From contig JAFVXI010000030.1 of assembly GCA_017501245.1 (NCBI GenBank), positions 7,821-71,820 of the forward strand: a stretch of DNA of 64,000 nucleotides. The letters are read 5' to 3'. The translations under genes were made by a program, and so were the position numbers. Source of the stretch: Clostridia bacterium. Its GTDB lineage: Bacteria; Bacillota; Clostridia; Oscillospirales; CAG-272. The number at the start of each line of letters is the position of its first letter. The stretch's first letter is position 1. Under the pieces are notes generated by a model. The model saw only the letters and a program-made list of their open reading frames with translations, was not told the origin of the DNA and searched no databases. This document shows positions 9,889-19,500 of this stretch, piece after piece.

Positions 9889-11148
9889 ATGGAAAAGAGG
9901 ATAACAACCTCGTCCGGCATACCGATCTACACCTATCCGAACATGGATCAGGGCTCCTTCTTCATCTCGATGTACGTGAGGGCGGGCAGTATGCACGAGG
10001 TCGAGAGCGGCATAACGCATTTCTTCGAGCATATAGCGATCAGAAATATAAATTATCGTATGGGCGGCGAGCTTTATCGTCTGCTCGACAAGCACGGCCT
10101 TGAGTTCAACGCCTCGACGTCAAACGACCTCGTTCAGTTTTACGTTGCGGGTGCGGCTGAGCATTTTGCCCTCGGCGCCGAGATCATAACGCATATGCTC
10201 TCGTCGGTTTCGCTCCCCTCCTCGGAGGTCGACAGGGAGAGAGACCGCATCCGTGCCGAGATCAGGGAGGTCGACGAGCGCTCCACCCTCGCAGGCTTCA
10301 CCGCTTCGAAGGTCTGGGGCGGCACGACGCTTGAGCGCCCGATAACCGGCACGCTCGGCTCGGTCTCGCATATCGGAGTCCGTGCGCTGGAGCGCTTCAG
10401 GCAAGAGACGATGGTTTCAGAAAACGTCTTCTTTTATCTGACGGGCAGAGTCAGCGACGCTGATGCCGAGCGCCTCGCCTCGCTCATCGAGGAGTATGAG
10501 GTTCCGCACGGCTCATTTAACGATAATTTAGCACCCGTCCCCGAGAAATTTGGCAGAAGGGGTGCCGAAATATTCATCAAGGGTGCCGACTTCACCAAGC
10601 TGCGTTTTAACTTTGACGTCGATATGAACGAATGCACCCTCCCGGAGCTTGATCTGCTTTACGAGCAGCTGCTAGGCGGCTACAGCTCCGAGTTCTTCCT
10701 TGAGCTATCCGAAAAGAGGGGCTACGTCTATGACCTATCGGGCAGCGTCGAGAGATATAAAAACGTCGGCAGCTTCTATTTTTCCTATGAGCTGAAGGAC
10801 ACGAGGGCAACCGACGCCGTGCGCCTCACCGTGGATATCCTAAAGCGCTTCAAGGAGCAGCTTATACCCGAGGATAGATTTATGCGAGCGAGCTACGTCG
10901 ACAATGCTATGATGCTTTATGACGATTCTCGTGAACTAAACTTTACATTTGCCTATGATAATCACATTATGGGCTGCAAATACGAGAGCCTTGAGGCTCG
11001 CAGAGCTGCATACGAGGCAGTAACGCCCGAGCGCATTCTCGCCCTTGCAAATCGCATCTTCACCCCCGAAAACCTCACCCTTACTATGAAGGGCAAGCGC
11101 GCAAGAGTCGACCTCGAGAAAATTGGCGAGATCATAAAGGAGCTGTGA
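9889..11148 (+). CDS. M16 (pitrilysin-like) zinc peptidase
   Basis: Inverted zinc motif HFFEH, NAST motif; ATG 9889 preceded by GGAGG. Confidence 0.85.
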   Translation: MEKRITTSSGIPIYTYPNMDQGSFFISMYVRAGSMHEVESGITHFFEHIAIRNINYRMGGELYRLLDKHGLEFNASTSNDLVQFYVAGAAEHFALGAEIITHMLSSVSLPSSEVDRERDRIRAEIREVDERSTLAGFTASKVWGGTTLERPITGTLGSVSHIGVRALERFRQETMVSENVFFYLTGRVSDADAERLASLIEEYEVPHGSFNDNLAPVPEKFGRRGAEIFIKGADFTKLRFNFDVDMNECTLPELDLLYEQLLGGYSSEFFLELSEKRGYVYDLSGSVERYKNVGSFYFSYELKDTRATDAVRLTVDILKRFKEQLIPEDRFMRASYVDNAMMLYDDSRELNFTFAYDNHIMGCKYESLEARRAAYEAVTPERILALANRIFTPENLTLTMKGKRARVDLEKIGEIIKEL

Positions 11149-11190
11149 TAGGATGTATGTGCTGATGCACGTGGGCGGCAATCCTTGGCG

Positions 11191-11230
11191 CCCGGCGCCG
11201 TAAGGAGTATATACACACTTCGTGTGATAT
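11191..11230 (+). repeat. Single unit of the GATAT-linker hairpin-array family
   Basis: CCGGCGCCGTAAGGAGTATATACAC differs by one base from 16381-16405, followed by hairpin CACAC-TTC-GTGTG. Confidence 0.7.
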
Positions 11231-11272
11231 AAAAAGGACAGATCGCCCGAACGAAGGCGCTCTGTCCTTTTT
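11231..11272. terminator. Bidirectional intrinsic terminator
   Basis: AAAAAGGACAGA...TCTGTCCTTTTT between convergent genes. Confidence 0.8.
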
Positions 11273-11315
11273 ATGTCTATTGCCCCTAAATGGGGCGAAA
11301 AATTAAACCCGTGTC

Positions 11316-12080
11316 TTAATAGACGAGCTTCAGGGTGTTTGAGTCGAGGATCTCGACGTACATCTCGGGGTCCATGCGCATAAGTAGCGACTGGAAGAAG
11401 CTCGTTACCGGCTGCTCGGTGAAGAAGTGGCCTGCCTCGATGAGGTTGATGCCCATCTCGACGCCCTCAGCCATCACGTTGTAGCCTATTCTGCCCGAAA
11501 GGTAGGTGTCTGCGCCCATCGCGAGCGCATCTTTAACGTAGCCCTTTCCGTCGCCGCCAACAACGGCAACCCTCTGGATCGGGATGCAAGCGTCGGCAAC
11601 GAGCAGACCCTCGGCGCCTAAGAGGTCCTTGACCATATAGGAAAAGTCCTCCATATTAAGCTCCTCGTCGAGCGTGCCTATCCTGCCGAGGTCGCCCTCG
11701 CCAAAGGGTATGGCGTCCTTGATGCCGAGCAGCTCGCAGAGCGTGTCGTTTACGCCGCCCTCGACCTTGTCTGCCCTGGTGTGCAGCGAGATGACGGAGA
11801 CGTCGTGCTTTATCAGCTTTATGACCTTTCTCGCTACGTGCGAGTCCTCGGTCAGAGAAGGGAGCGGACGGAAGATGAGCGGATGATGCGAGAGGACGAG
11901 GTCAAAGTGATTTGCCACAGCGTAGTCCACGACCTCCTCGGTCACATCGAGGGTAACGAGCGCTCGGCGCACCTCTCTCGCCTCGTCGGACGAGCACATA
12001 ACGCCGTCGTTATCCCAGCTCTCTCTGAGGCTCTCGGGTATACGCTCGGAAAGCCTCGAATATATCTCTCTTACTGTCAT
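11316..12080 (-). CDS. Nif3-like dinuclear metal centre protein
   Basis: WDNDG, SHHPLIF, HTRAD, EAGHFFTE motifs; downstream of trmK. Confidence 0.9.
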   Translation of the reverse strand: MTVREIYSRLSERIPESLRESWDNDGVMCSSDEAREVRRALVTLDVTEEVVDYAVANHFDLVLSHHPLIFRPLPSLTEDSHVARKVIKLIKHDVSVISLHTRADKVEGGVNDTLCELLGIKDAIPFGEGDLGRIGTLDEELNMEDFSYMVKDLLGAEGLLVADACIPIQRVAVVGGDGKGYVKDALAMGADTYLSGRIGYNVMAEGVEMGINLIEAGHFFTEQPVTSFFQSLLMRMDPEMYVEILDSNTLKLVY

Positions 12081-12778
12081 AGGTCTTTCTCCTTTACAGA
12101 GCTTATCATTTTTTGTATCGCACCTGCGATCCTCTCGTCGCCCGAGGCGTCGACGCCGCCTCGCCTCTTGCCCGCTATCTGCGAGGTGTAGGAAGCGAGC
12201 TTCGCCGTGAGGTAGCCGACGTACTCCGCCGCCGTTTCCTCCGCATATGAGAAGCCGAGCTCCGCCGTGATGTCGTCGATCTCACTTGACTCGCCGCAGT
12301 ATTCCGCCAGCATAGTCAGATAATATCTGCCGTCGGCAAAGGAATATCTCTCCTCGAGGATCTCAAAGCCGAGCCTGCACAGCTCTCGCCTCAGATGCGC
12401 CTGCCTCGTCATAGGCTGGAGGATAAGGCGCACACCCGTGTCAAATAAATGCTCGCCCGAGGCTATAATATCGGCGATAAGCTCGCCGCCCATACCGCAT
12501 ATGGCGTAGTCGGTTATCCCCTTGCCCCCGAGGCCGCGCACGCCGTCGGTCAGCACAAGCTCGACCCTGTCGGACAGGCCGTTTGCCTCGGCGTTTTCCT
12601 TAGCTGAGAGCAGGGGTCCCTCGTTTATATCCGAAAGCACCGCACGCCCGATGACCCCCGCCTTAAGCAAAAAAATAGGCAGGTGCGCATGGTCGGTGCC
12701 AACGTCGGCAAAGACTGCGCCCTGCCTGACAAGCAGAGCAGCCGAACGCAGCCTTGCGTCTAGCTGAGTGCTTTTCAT
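12077..12778 (-). CDS. trmK: tRNA (adenine22-N1)-methyltransferase
   Basis: DVGTDHAHLP, DINEGPL, ICGMGGELI, ILQPM. Confidence 0.9.
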   Translation of the reverse strand: MKSTQLDARLRSAALLVRQGAVFADVGTDHAHLPIFLLKAGVIGRAVLSDINEGPLLSAKENAEANGLSDRVELVLTDGVRGLGGKGITDYAICGMGGELIADIIASGEHLFDTGVRLILQPMTRQAHLRRELCRLGFEILEERYSFADGRYYLTMLAEYCGESSEIDDITAELGFSYAEETAAEYVGYLTAKLASYTSQIAGKRRGGVDASGDERIAGAIQKMISSVKEKDL

Positions 12779-12975
12779 TTGGAAGCGAGATATGCGTTGA
12801 TCTTCTTTACAAGCTCGTCAGCGTCGGTGCCGTGAACCTGGCAAGCCTCCTCGATGGACTCGCCTCTCGAGTGGGGGCAGCCGAGGCAGTGCATACCGAT
12901 CTCAAAGAAAAATCTTGCGGTCTCGACGTCGAAGTCAAGCACGTCGCCGATAAGAGTGTTCTTAGTTACCTGCAT
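12775..12975 (-). CDS. DUF1858-domain small protein
   Basis: GMHCLGCPHSRGESIEEACQVHG signature; ATG 12975 with GGAGG upstream. Confidence 0.85.
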   Translation of the reverse strand: MQVTKNTLIGDVLDFDVETARFFFEIGMHCLGCPHSRGESIEEACQVHGTDADELVKKINAYLASK

Positions 12976-13193
12976 TATATAAAAACCTCCGATATATTTT
13001 TTCGTGTTTATTGTATCATAGCCCGTCCTAAAAATCAATATATATTTTAAAATTACTATTTACTTTTAGTGGCTTTTATGCTAGAATGTATCTGTTAAGG
13101 ATAAATCGGGAAGAATGGAAGTAGCCTTTGAGAGCTGTATTAGGTGCGCCTCGGCGCTCCCTGCCCGATAATTTTTTTGAAGGGAATAGATAT

Positions 13194-14312
13194 ATGATTG
13201 TTGCGCTTGAGGAGTCCTGGCGCAGGCTAGTTGCCATGAAGGACGTTTTAGCCGAGCTTGGAAACCAGCTCCGCATCGAGGAGGCAAAGGAAAGAGCAGC
13301 CGACCTCGAGAGAGAGACCCAGGTAGGCGATTTCTGGGCAGACGCTGAAAAGTCGTCTAAGAAGCTCAGAGAGATAAAGCAGCTTAAGGACAAGGTCGAG
13401 AGCTATGAGAGCCTCTGCCAGCGCCTTGAGGACGCATCTGCCCTCTGCGAGATGGCGATGGAGGTCGGCGACGAGGATTCGGTCGACGAGGTCGTCAGCG
13501 AGACCGATTTCATCGAGGAGGAGGCAGAAAGAAAGAGAATTGAGGTGCTGCTCAGCGGCCCCTACGATAAGAATAATGCTATCCTCTCCTTCCACCCCGG
13601 TGCGGGCGGAACCGAGGCGCAGGACTGGGCGTCGATGCTCTACCGTATGTATACGAGGTGGGGCGAGTCTCACGGCTTTAACGTCAAGCTCGTCGACTGG
13701 CTCGACGGCGACGAGGCAGGCCTCAAGTCCGCCACCATTATGGTAGAGGGAATAAACGCCTACGGCTACCTCAAGAGCGAAAACGGAGTTCACCGCCTCG
13801 TGCGTGTCTCTCCCTTCGACTCCTCGGGCAGGAGACACACCTCCTTTGCCTCCGTCGAGGTCATGCCCGAATTTGAGGATGACAACACGGTTGAGCTTCG
13901 TGACGAGGACCTTGAGATCACGGCGCACCGCTCGAGCGGCGCAGGCGGTCAGCACATCAACAAGACCGACTCGGCGATCCGCATCGTGCATAAGCCTACG
14001 GGCATCGTCGTCGGCTGTCAGACCGAGCGTAGCCAGCTTCAGAACAAGGAGACGGCGCTTAAGATGCTCCGTGCAAAGCTGATGGAGATCAAGATCCGTG
14101 AGAAGCTCGATCGCATCGAGGACATCCAGGGCAATAAGGCAAACATCGAGTGGGGCAGCCAGATCCGAAGCTACGTCTTTATGCCCTACACCCTCGCCAA
14201 GGATACGAGGACGGGCTACGAGGATGGAAACATCGACGCCGTAATGGACGGAAAGATCGACGGCTTCATCAACGCTTATCTTAAGGATCTCTCTAAGGAA
14301 GAGGGAAAGTAA
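13194..14312 (+). CDS. prfB: Peptide chain release factor 2, encoded in a single frame
   Basis: GGTEAQDW, SPF recognition motif, GAGGQ, WGSQIRSY. Confidence 0.95.
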   Translation: MIVALEESWRRLVAMKDVLAELGNQLRIEEAKERAADLERETQVGDFWADAEKSSKKLREIKQLKDKVESYESLCQRLEDASALCEMAMEVGDEDSVDEVVSETDFIEEEAERKRIEVLLSGPYDKNNAILSFHPGAGGTEAQDWASMLYRMYTRWGESHGFNVKLVDWLDGDEAGLKSATIMVEGINAYGYLKSENGVHRLVRVSPFDSSGRRHTSFASVEVMPEFEDDNTVELRDEDLEITAHRSSGAGGQHINKTDSAIRIVHKPTGIVVGCQTERSQLQNKETALKMLRAKLMEIKIREKLDRIEDIQGNKANIEWGSQIRSYVFMPYTLAKDTRTGYEDGNIDAVMDGKIDGFINAYLKDLSKEEGK

Positions 14313-14481
14313 GCTCACATAGGAGAGCATTTTCAGCGGCATTATCGCCCTGATAAACTTTGTTTTGCTAAGTATTATTTGCAAAACGGCGTTAAAAACG
14401 CTACACCGTGGCGATATCGCCGCTGCCTGACACTGCGCTTTTATTTTCAGCAAATAAATTATTACACCTTTGGAGGCACAC

Positions 14482-15045
14482 ATGAAATACTACTACAAGA
14501 CAGTTTCCGTGCCGATCGTCTTTCTCGATGGATGGCTTGTCAACCTTGAGAGAAGATGCTTCGGCTGGAGAAAAGCCGGCGACCATTCCGAGTCTTACGA
14601 GTATGACGAGCATTCGACCAGAAACTACACCGAGTATCACGACGGCGTAGAATGGGACGTCACCGAGCATACCACCGAGCGCAAGACCGGCTGGAGAAAC
14701 TATCAGGACTTCTATCGCATCAGCCCCTTCACCTTCAATCCCATCTTTGCTGTGTTTGAGTGGCTCAGCGGCATCTTCTCCTTCATCAGAAGGCTCGTTA
14801 TGTCGCTCGCAAAGTATCTCATCGGCTTTATCGTAGTGCTTGCGGTCATCGGCATGATCCTTGACCCCTCTATGACCACCGATGCCCTTCAGGTCGTTGG
14901 CGGCGTCGCACTGATCTACCTCGTTGCCGTCGTGCTGCCCTCCGTGCTTGTCGCACTTGTGGCGCTCCTTATGAGAAAGGTGTTCGGCATAGACAAGCAC
15001 CTCGCACAGAATATGGAGAAAAACGGCTACGACCCTGAGTGGTAA
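14482..15045 (+). CDS. Hypothetical membrane protein (two C-terminal TM helices)
   Basis: GGAGG RBS, host-like codon usage, two hydrophobic segments. Confidence 0.7.
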   Translation: MKYYYKTVSVPIVFLDGWLVNLERRCFGWRKAGDHSESYEYDEHSTRNYTEYHDGVEWDVTEHTTERKTGWRNYQDFYRISPFTFNPIFAVFEWLSGIFSFIRRLVMSLAKYLIGFIVVLAVIGMILDPSMTTDALQVVGGVALIYLVAVVLPSVLVALVALLMRKVFGIDKHLAQNMEKNGYDPEW

Positions 15046-15118
15046 AGCTCGCCTAAAGCCTTTTTGGAAGGCGTACGGTTTGGAGCGAGCCTCATAACTT
15101 AAGACTAAAAAACACTTG

Positions 15119-15157
15119 AGAGAGAACATTTCGCCCGATCTGTTCTCTCTTTTTTTA
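15119..15157 (+). terminator. Intrinsic terminator
   Basis: AGAGAGAACA...TGTTCTCTCT followed by a T-run. Confidence 0.7.
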
Positions 15158-15321
15158 TCATCCGGATGCTCGCCGAAGCTAATACGATGAGCTTTGTCTC
15201 GTATGGACGCAGCTCTCCAGATGGCTGCACCCGGGAAGCAAGACGCAGTCGGATCGGGCATACGTTAAGCAATAAAAAAGCACCCAAGGTAGGGCGATCG
15301 CTATACCACGGGTGCCGTTTT

Positions 15322-15657
15322 TTATAGATCTTTAAATTTATCAACCTCAATGAGGATGCGGTAGAGCGCTTCCTGCTCGGCTCTTGGCCTTGACAAGATC
15401 AATTCGTAGCATTCGAGCGGAATGCTGCGCTCGTCCTCCTCGGCGCCAAGCTTCTCGAATAGCTTAGAGAGTGAAACGTTCAGTGCAGAGGCTATCCTTT
15501 CGATGCTTTCGATAGTGGCGTTCTTTTCGCCTCGCTCAAGCTGCCCGACGTAGGTAGCGTGGCAGCCCGAAAGCTCTGCCAGCTTCTCCTGGCTTAAGCC
15601 CATCTCGGTCCTGTAATTTCTTATCCTCTGGCCTAAAATCTTAGCTATCCTGCTCAT
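15322..15657 (-). CDS. XRE-family HTH regulator (C-controller-like)
   Basis: GQRIRNYR..GLSQEKLAELSGCHATYVGQLERGEKNATIESIERIASAL. Confidence 0.9.
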   Translation of the reverse strand: MSRIAKILGQRIRNYRTEMGLSQEKLAELSGCHATYVGQLERGEKNATIESIERIASALNVSLSKLFEKLGAEEDERSIPLECYELILSRPRAEQEALYRILIEVDKFKDL

Positions 15658-15748
15658 ACCTTTTCCTCGTATAATCAAATCTATATATAGTCTAAAAGTA
15701 TTCAAACTATTTTTCTATATACTATTGATATTCTTTTTGGGCGGATAT

Positions 15749-15790
15749 ATACTATAAGTATTATTAATCAAATTATCGTGCTTATAGTAT
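15749..15790. promoter_or_regulatory. Putative operator: perfect 10-bp inverted repeat between divergent genes
   Basis: ATACTATAAG (15749-15758) N22 CTTATAGTAT (15781-15790). Confidence 0.55.
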
Positions 15791-15799
15791 TGAGATTGA

Positions 15800-16297
15800 G
15801 TGGAGGATAACGTGGATATTTTGACAGTTTCCCTATTTGGAAATCGAGAGATAACCGATCTGAGGAGGGTTTCTACACGACTTAAGCCCTTGATTGAGGA
15901 GCTGATGAGGGGTGAGATGTACGTCAGCTTTCTAATCGGTCGAAACGGCGAGTTTGACGAGTATGCTGCTTCAATAATAAAAAAGACAAAGAGTGAGTGC
16001 GGGGCGGAAAATTGCGAGATCTCGCTAGTGCTACCGTATTCAGTGGCAGACGTTGATTATTACGAGAGGTATTACGATAGCGTTATTATCCCTGATAAGT
16101 CCTGCTCCGTGCATGTTAAAGCTGCCATAACAGCGAGAAACAGATGGATGATAGACAGATCGGATATGGTCATTTTTTACGTGGAGCGCACGGGTGGAGG
16201 AGCTTATGACGCTATGAAATATGCTAAGTGCCGTAACAAAAGATGCATAAATCTATATGATGACGGAAAAAGCGGAGAAGATGCCCTGGATGGTTGA
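15800..16297 (+). CDS. SLOG-superfamily (YpsA/DUF1273-like) protein
   Basis: FGNR, GRNGEFD, LVLPY, RNRWMIDRSD..IFYV..GGA..AMKYA pattern; AT-richer than flanks. Confidence 0.7.
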   Translation: MEDNVDILTVSLFGNREITDLRRVSTRLKPLIEELMRGEMYVSFLIGRNGEFDEYAASIIKKTKSECGAENCEISLVLPYSVADVDYYERYYDSVIIPDKSCSVHVKAAITARNRWMIDRSDMVIFYVERTGGGAYDAMKYAKCRNKRCINLYDDGKSGEDALDG

Positions 16298-16380
16298 CGA
16301 TAACCTGAAAAAAGATGCATAAAAAAGATAAAGTGAGGATACCTCCGGGATATCCCCACTTTTTTCTTTGACGTGCTATG

Positions 16381-16560
16381 CCGGCGCCGTAAGGCGTATA
16401 TACACGGCAGAGCCGTTGATATACAACACTCCGTGTTGATGATATACACGGCAGAGCCGTGATGATATACAACACTTTGTGTTGATGAGATACAGCGACA
16501 GTCGTCGCTGATGATATACAAGGCTGTCGCCTTGATGTAATTCACGGCGGAGCCGGGACA
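16381..16560 (+). repeat. Array of about 7 short hairpins joined by GATGATATAC linkers
   Basis: Hairpins ACGGC-AGA-GCCGT, AACAC-TCC-GTGTT, ACGGC-AGA-GCCGT, AACAC-TTT-GTGTT, AGCGAC-AGTC-GTCGCT, AAGGC-TGTC-GCCTT, plus a degenerate last unit. Confidence 0.9.
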
Positions 16561-16584
16561 GATAGTTTGCCCGGGTGGAGCAAA

Positions 16585-19500
16585 TTATCTGTCGAAGAGG
16601 TGATCGATCATTATGATCGCATAGTCGCCGCCGTAGCCGTAATCCTTAAAGGCGGTGAGGGTGAGATAATAGGTCATGCCTGCCTCAAGCTCGAGCGAGA
16701 AGCTGCAATTAGAGCCATAGAACAGGTCGTTGCCGTTCTCGTCGGTGACAGTGATCTCGATCTGATTGTAGTTAGCGCTGTTGACGTAGATCTCCCACAT
16801 CGACGCCGTCTCGGGGGTGAGCATAACGGTGAAGCTTGCGCCCTCGGGAAGATACTCGACGATGAACTCATCGGAGGTGATGCCTGCGCCTGCGATAGCT
16901 TCGGAGCCGGGCAGATCACCAAAGGTGATAGCGTAGTCGAAGCTGCTGTCCGCACCGTCGGGCACGAAGGAGATGCGTGCATCGTACTGATCGGGCTCAA
17001 AGCCTATCTCTCTTGCCGCCTCCTCAACGATGGCGATCGGGATCGAAAGACCGACGAAGCTTCCATCGTAGTAGGTGAATGCGGACTCCTCGATAAAGAG
17101 CACGAGCTGATCGGTTCCATCCTCGAGAGGAGTGTGGAGAATGATGCTCACCATAGGAGTGAAGGAGGCATAGGTGTCCATAAAGTAGCCGATAACGTAG
17201 TTTTCGCCGCCTCCGAGCTTGTCGGTCAGATCCTCCATAACGATGCTGCCGTCCGCTCCGTTAACGTTCTGCAGAGCGCATCTCTGGCAGAAGTAGAGTC
17301 CGTTGGGAAGCATTATCCAGCTGTGGCCGAGGGGACTGACGGGCTGGTTATCAAACTCGGTGTCGCAGAAGTAGCAGGCTAAGCCCTCGACGCCCCACTG
17401 CGTGCAGGTGGGAGGAACGATAGTCGTCCAGCTTGTGTCGTGATACTCGTTGTTCTCATTGAGGTAGGACTCACCGTCCGAATACTCGTGCAGGACGTCG
17501 TAGCGGCAGATGCAGCCGTCCTCGTAGAGGTAGGTGTACTTATGCCAGTTTCCGTAAGCGTCCTCGTAGTATTCAGAGAGGTCGAGCATTCTTACGTTGT
17601 TTCCGTGGTGGTAGAAGCTCCTCTCATAGATCTCACGGGAGATGAAGCCCTCGGAGCCCGTCTGAGTTACGGTCATTCTGTAGCCGTCCACGCCTACGGG
17701 AGCGTCGATAAGCTCGTAGGTATAGTTGAGCTCGGTGTAGGTCACGCTGCCGTCAGCGTGGAGGATCTCGGTCCTCTCCTGGGAAATGGGGTCTTGAAGG
17801 TGAGCGTTTATCACCTCGTTAAGGTCGGTCCTCGTTGTCGTGCGCTTGACCGCTCTGCCGTTGTCAAGAGCGTTATACCAGGTTTGAGTGTATACCCATC
17901 CGCCAAGCTCGTTGTAATACTGCTCGGACTCAACGTAGCTGTCGCAGAGGGTGCAGGTCTCTCTCCAGTGGTATCTGCCGTTGCCGTCGGATTCGCTCGT
18001 GTGCTCCATTTCCTTATGGTAGACGTCGCGCTCGAGCTCGAAGGTTATCTCCTCAATGCAGCTGCCGTCAGCCTCGTTATATCCGAGCTGGAGGGTCATA
18101 TAGCGAACGACCGTGCAGTTGCCCTCGTAGACCCAATAGGTAGCATGTCTGTATGCGAAGCCGCATTTCTCGGGATCGGTAACCGCACAGACGCTCTTAT
18201 AGAAGTAAGACCAATAGCCGTGGTAGCCGTCGGCATGCTCCTGCGAGGCGTTGATCGCATCATCTATCCACCAGACCTCGCCCTGCTCGTCAAACTCGCA
18301 TCTCGCATCATATACGTTGCAGTTATAGGAGCGTCCGCAGGGGCAGAAGGCGACGACGAGCTTGCCGCCGCAGACCGAGCCGTATTTCTCGAGGTCATAT
18401 TCGGTTTTGATAACCAGATTGTGCCAGTAGATCTGCTCCTCGTAGCACTCTCCGCAGACCGAGCAGCTGTAATAGATGTTGATTCCGCTCTCACAGCCCG
18501 CATCGGGATCGTGGAGGTAATAGGAGACGTCATAATCGTGAGCAAGCTCGCTATTTTCGTACGAGTCCTCGCAGATAAGCTCGCCGCCAACCGAAACGTA
18601 GTAGTCGTTGTTATAGTATCTCGTGCAGCCATCGATGCGGTTGAGATAGCGTGTGGTCTGATATCTGAAGCCGCACTCACAGCTGTAAGCCTCGACCATG
18701 TAGATCACGCCGTCCTCGACGTAGGTGTTGGAGCTGTGGCGAGCGTTGCCACAGATATTTACGTTGTAGTGGGAGTTTGCGCCGCAGGGGCAGAACTCAT
18801 GGTTTACCCAGCCTCCGCAAGCGCCGTAGCTCGTGAGGTCGATCTCCTCACGGAAGGTGTGGTGACCGTAGAGGGTCTCCTCCTCGGAGTGATCGCAGTT
18901 CCTACAGGTCCTCGAGATGATAAAGCCGTCGTCGCAGCTATCGCCGAGGAGCTTGTAGGTCACGTCGAAGTCGTGCTCGTAGTGGCTTCCGTTAGTCCAT
19001 TCAAGATTCTCTACGACCGAGACGTCGCCGACCCTGACGTTGATAACGGTGTCTGTCTCGACCTTACAGCCGTAGTAGCTGCGCACGTCGTCAAACTCAA
19101 TATAGAGTCCGCACCCTCTGCAGTGGTAGTAGTGGAGGTCGTGCTGGATTCCGTACTCGTCGTGGTTGACCTCGTGCCACTCTTCAAGATCGCAGCCGGA
19201 ATAGATGCCCTCAAGGCTCCTCCAGCCGTTCTCGCCGCAGGCACAGGAGTAGAGGTAGATGTAGCCGCCCGAGCAGGTGCCGTAGTCGGCAAGGCGGATG
19301 GTCTTCCTCAGCACGGTGTTGTGGCCGTAGCTCTCGTGGCTCGACGATTCGCCGCAGTCGGGGCAGTATCTATGCTCGGTATAGCCGTCGGTGCAGCTCT
19401 CGCCGTAAAGCTCGTAGGTGTATTCGAAGCTATGGTCGGTCAGATGATAGGACCAGGAGACGTCGAGCAGAAGCTCACCGTCACGGTAGTAGCGTCTGAT

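Noticed and set aside
15160-15270. Possible small RNA between two terminators
   Set aside because: GC-rich with weak stems, but no recognisable family motif or promoter
16381-16560. Box C/D-type guide (TIGR-like) array, because TGATGA occurs in the linker
   Set aside because: Variable parts are self-complementary hairpins that recur rather than unique guides, and no Nop-domain gene is nearby
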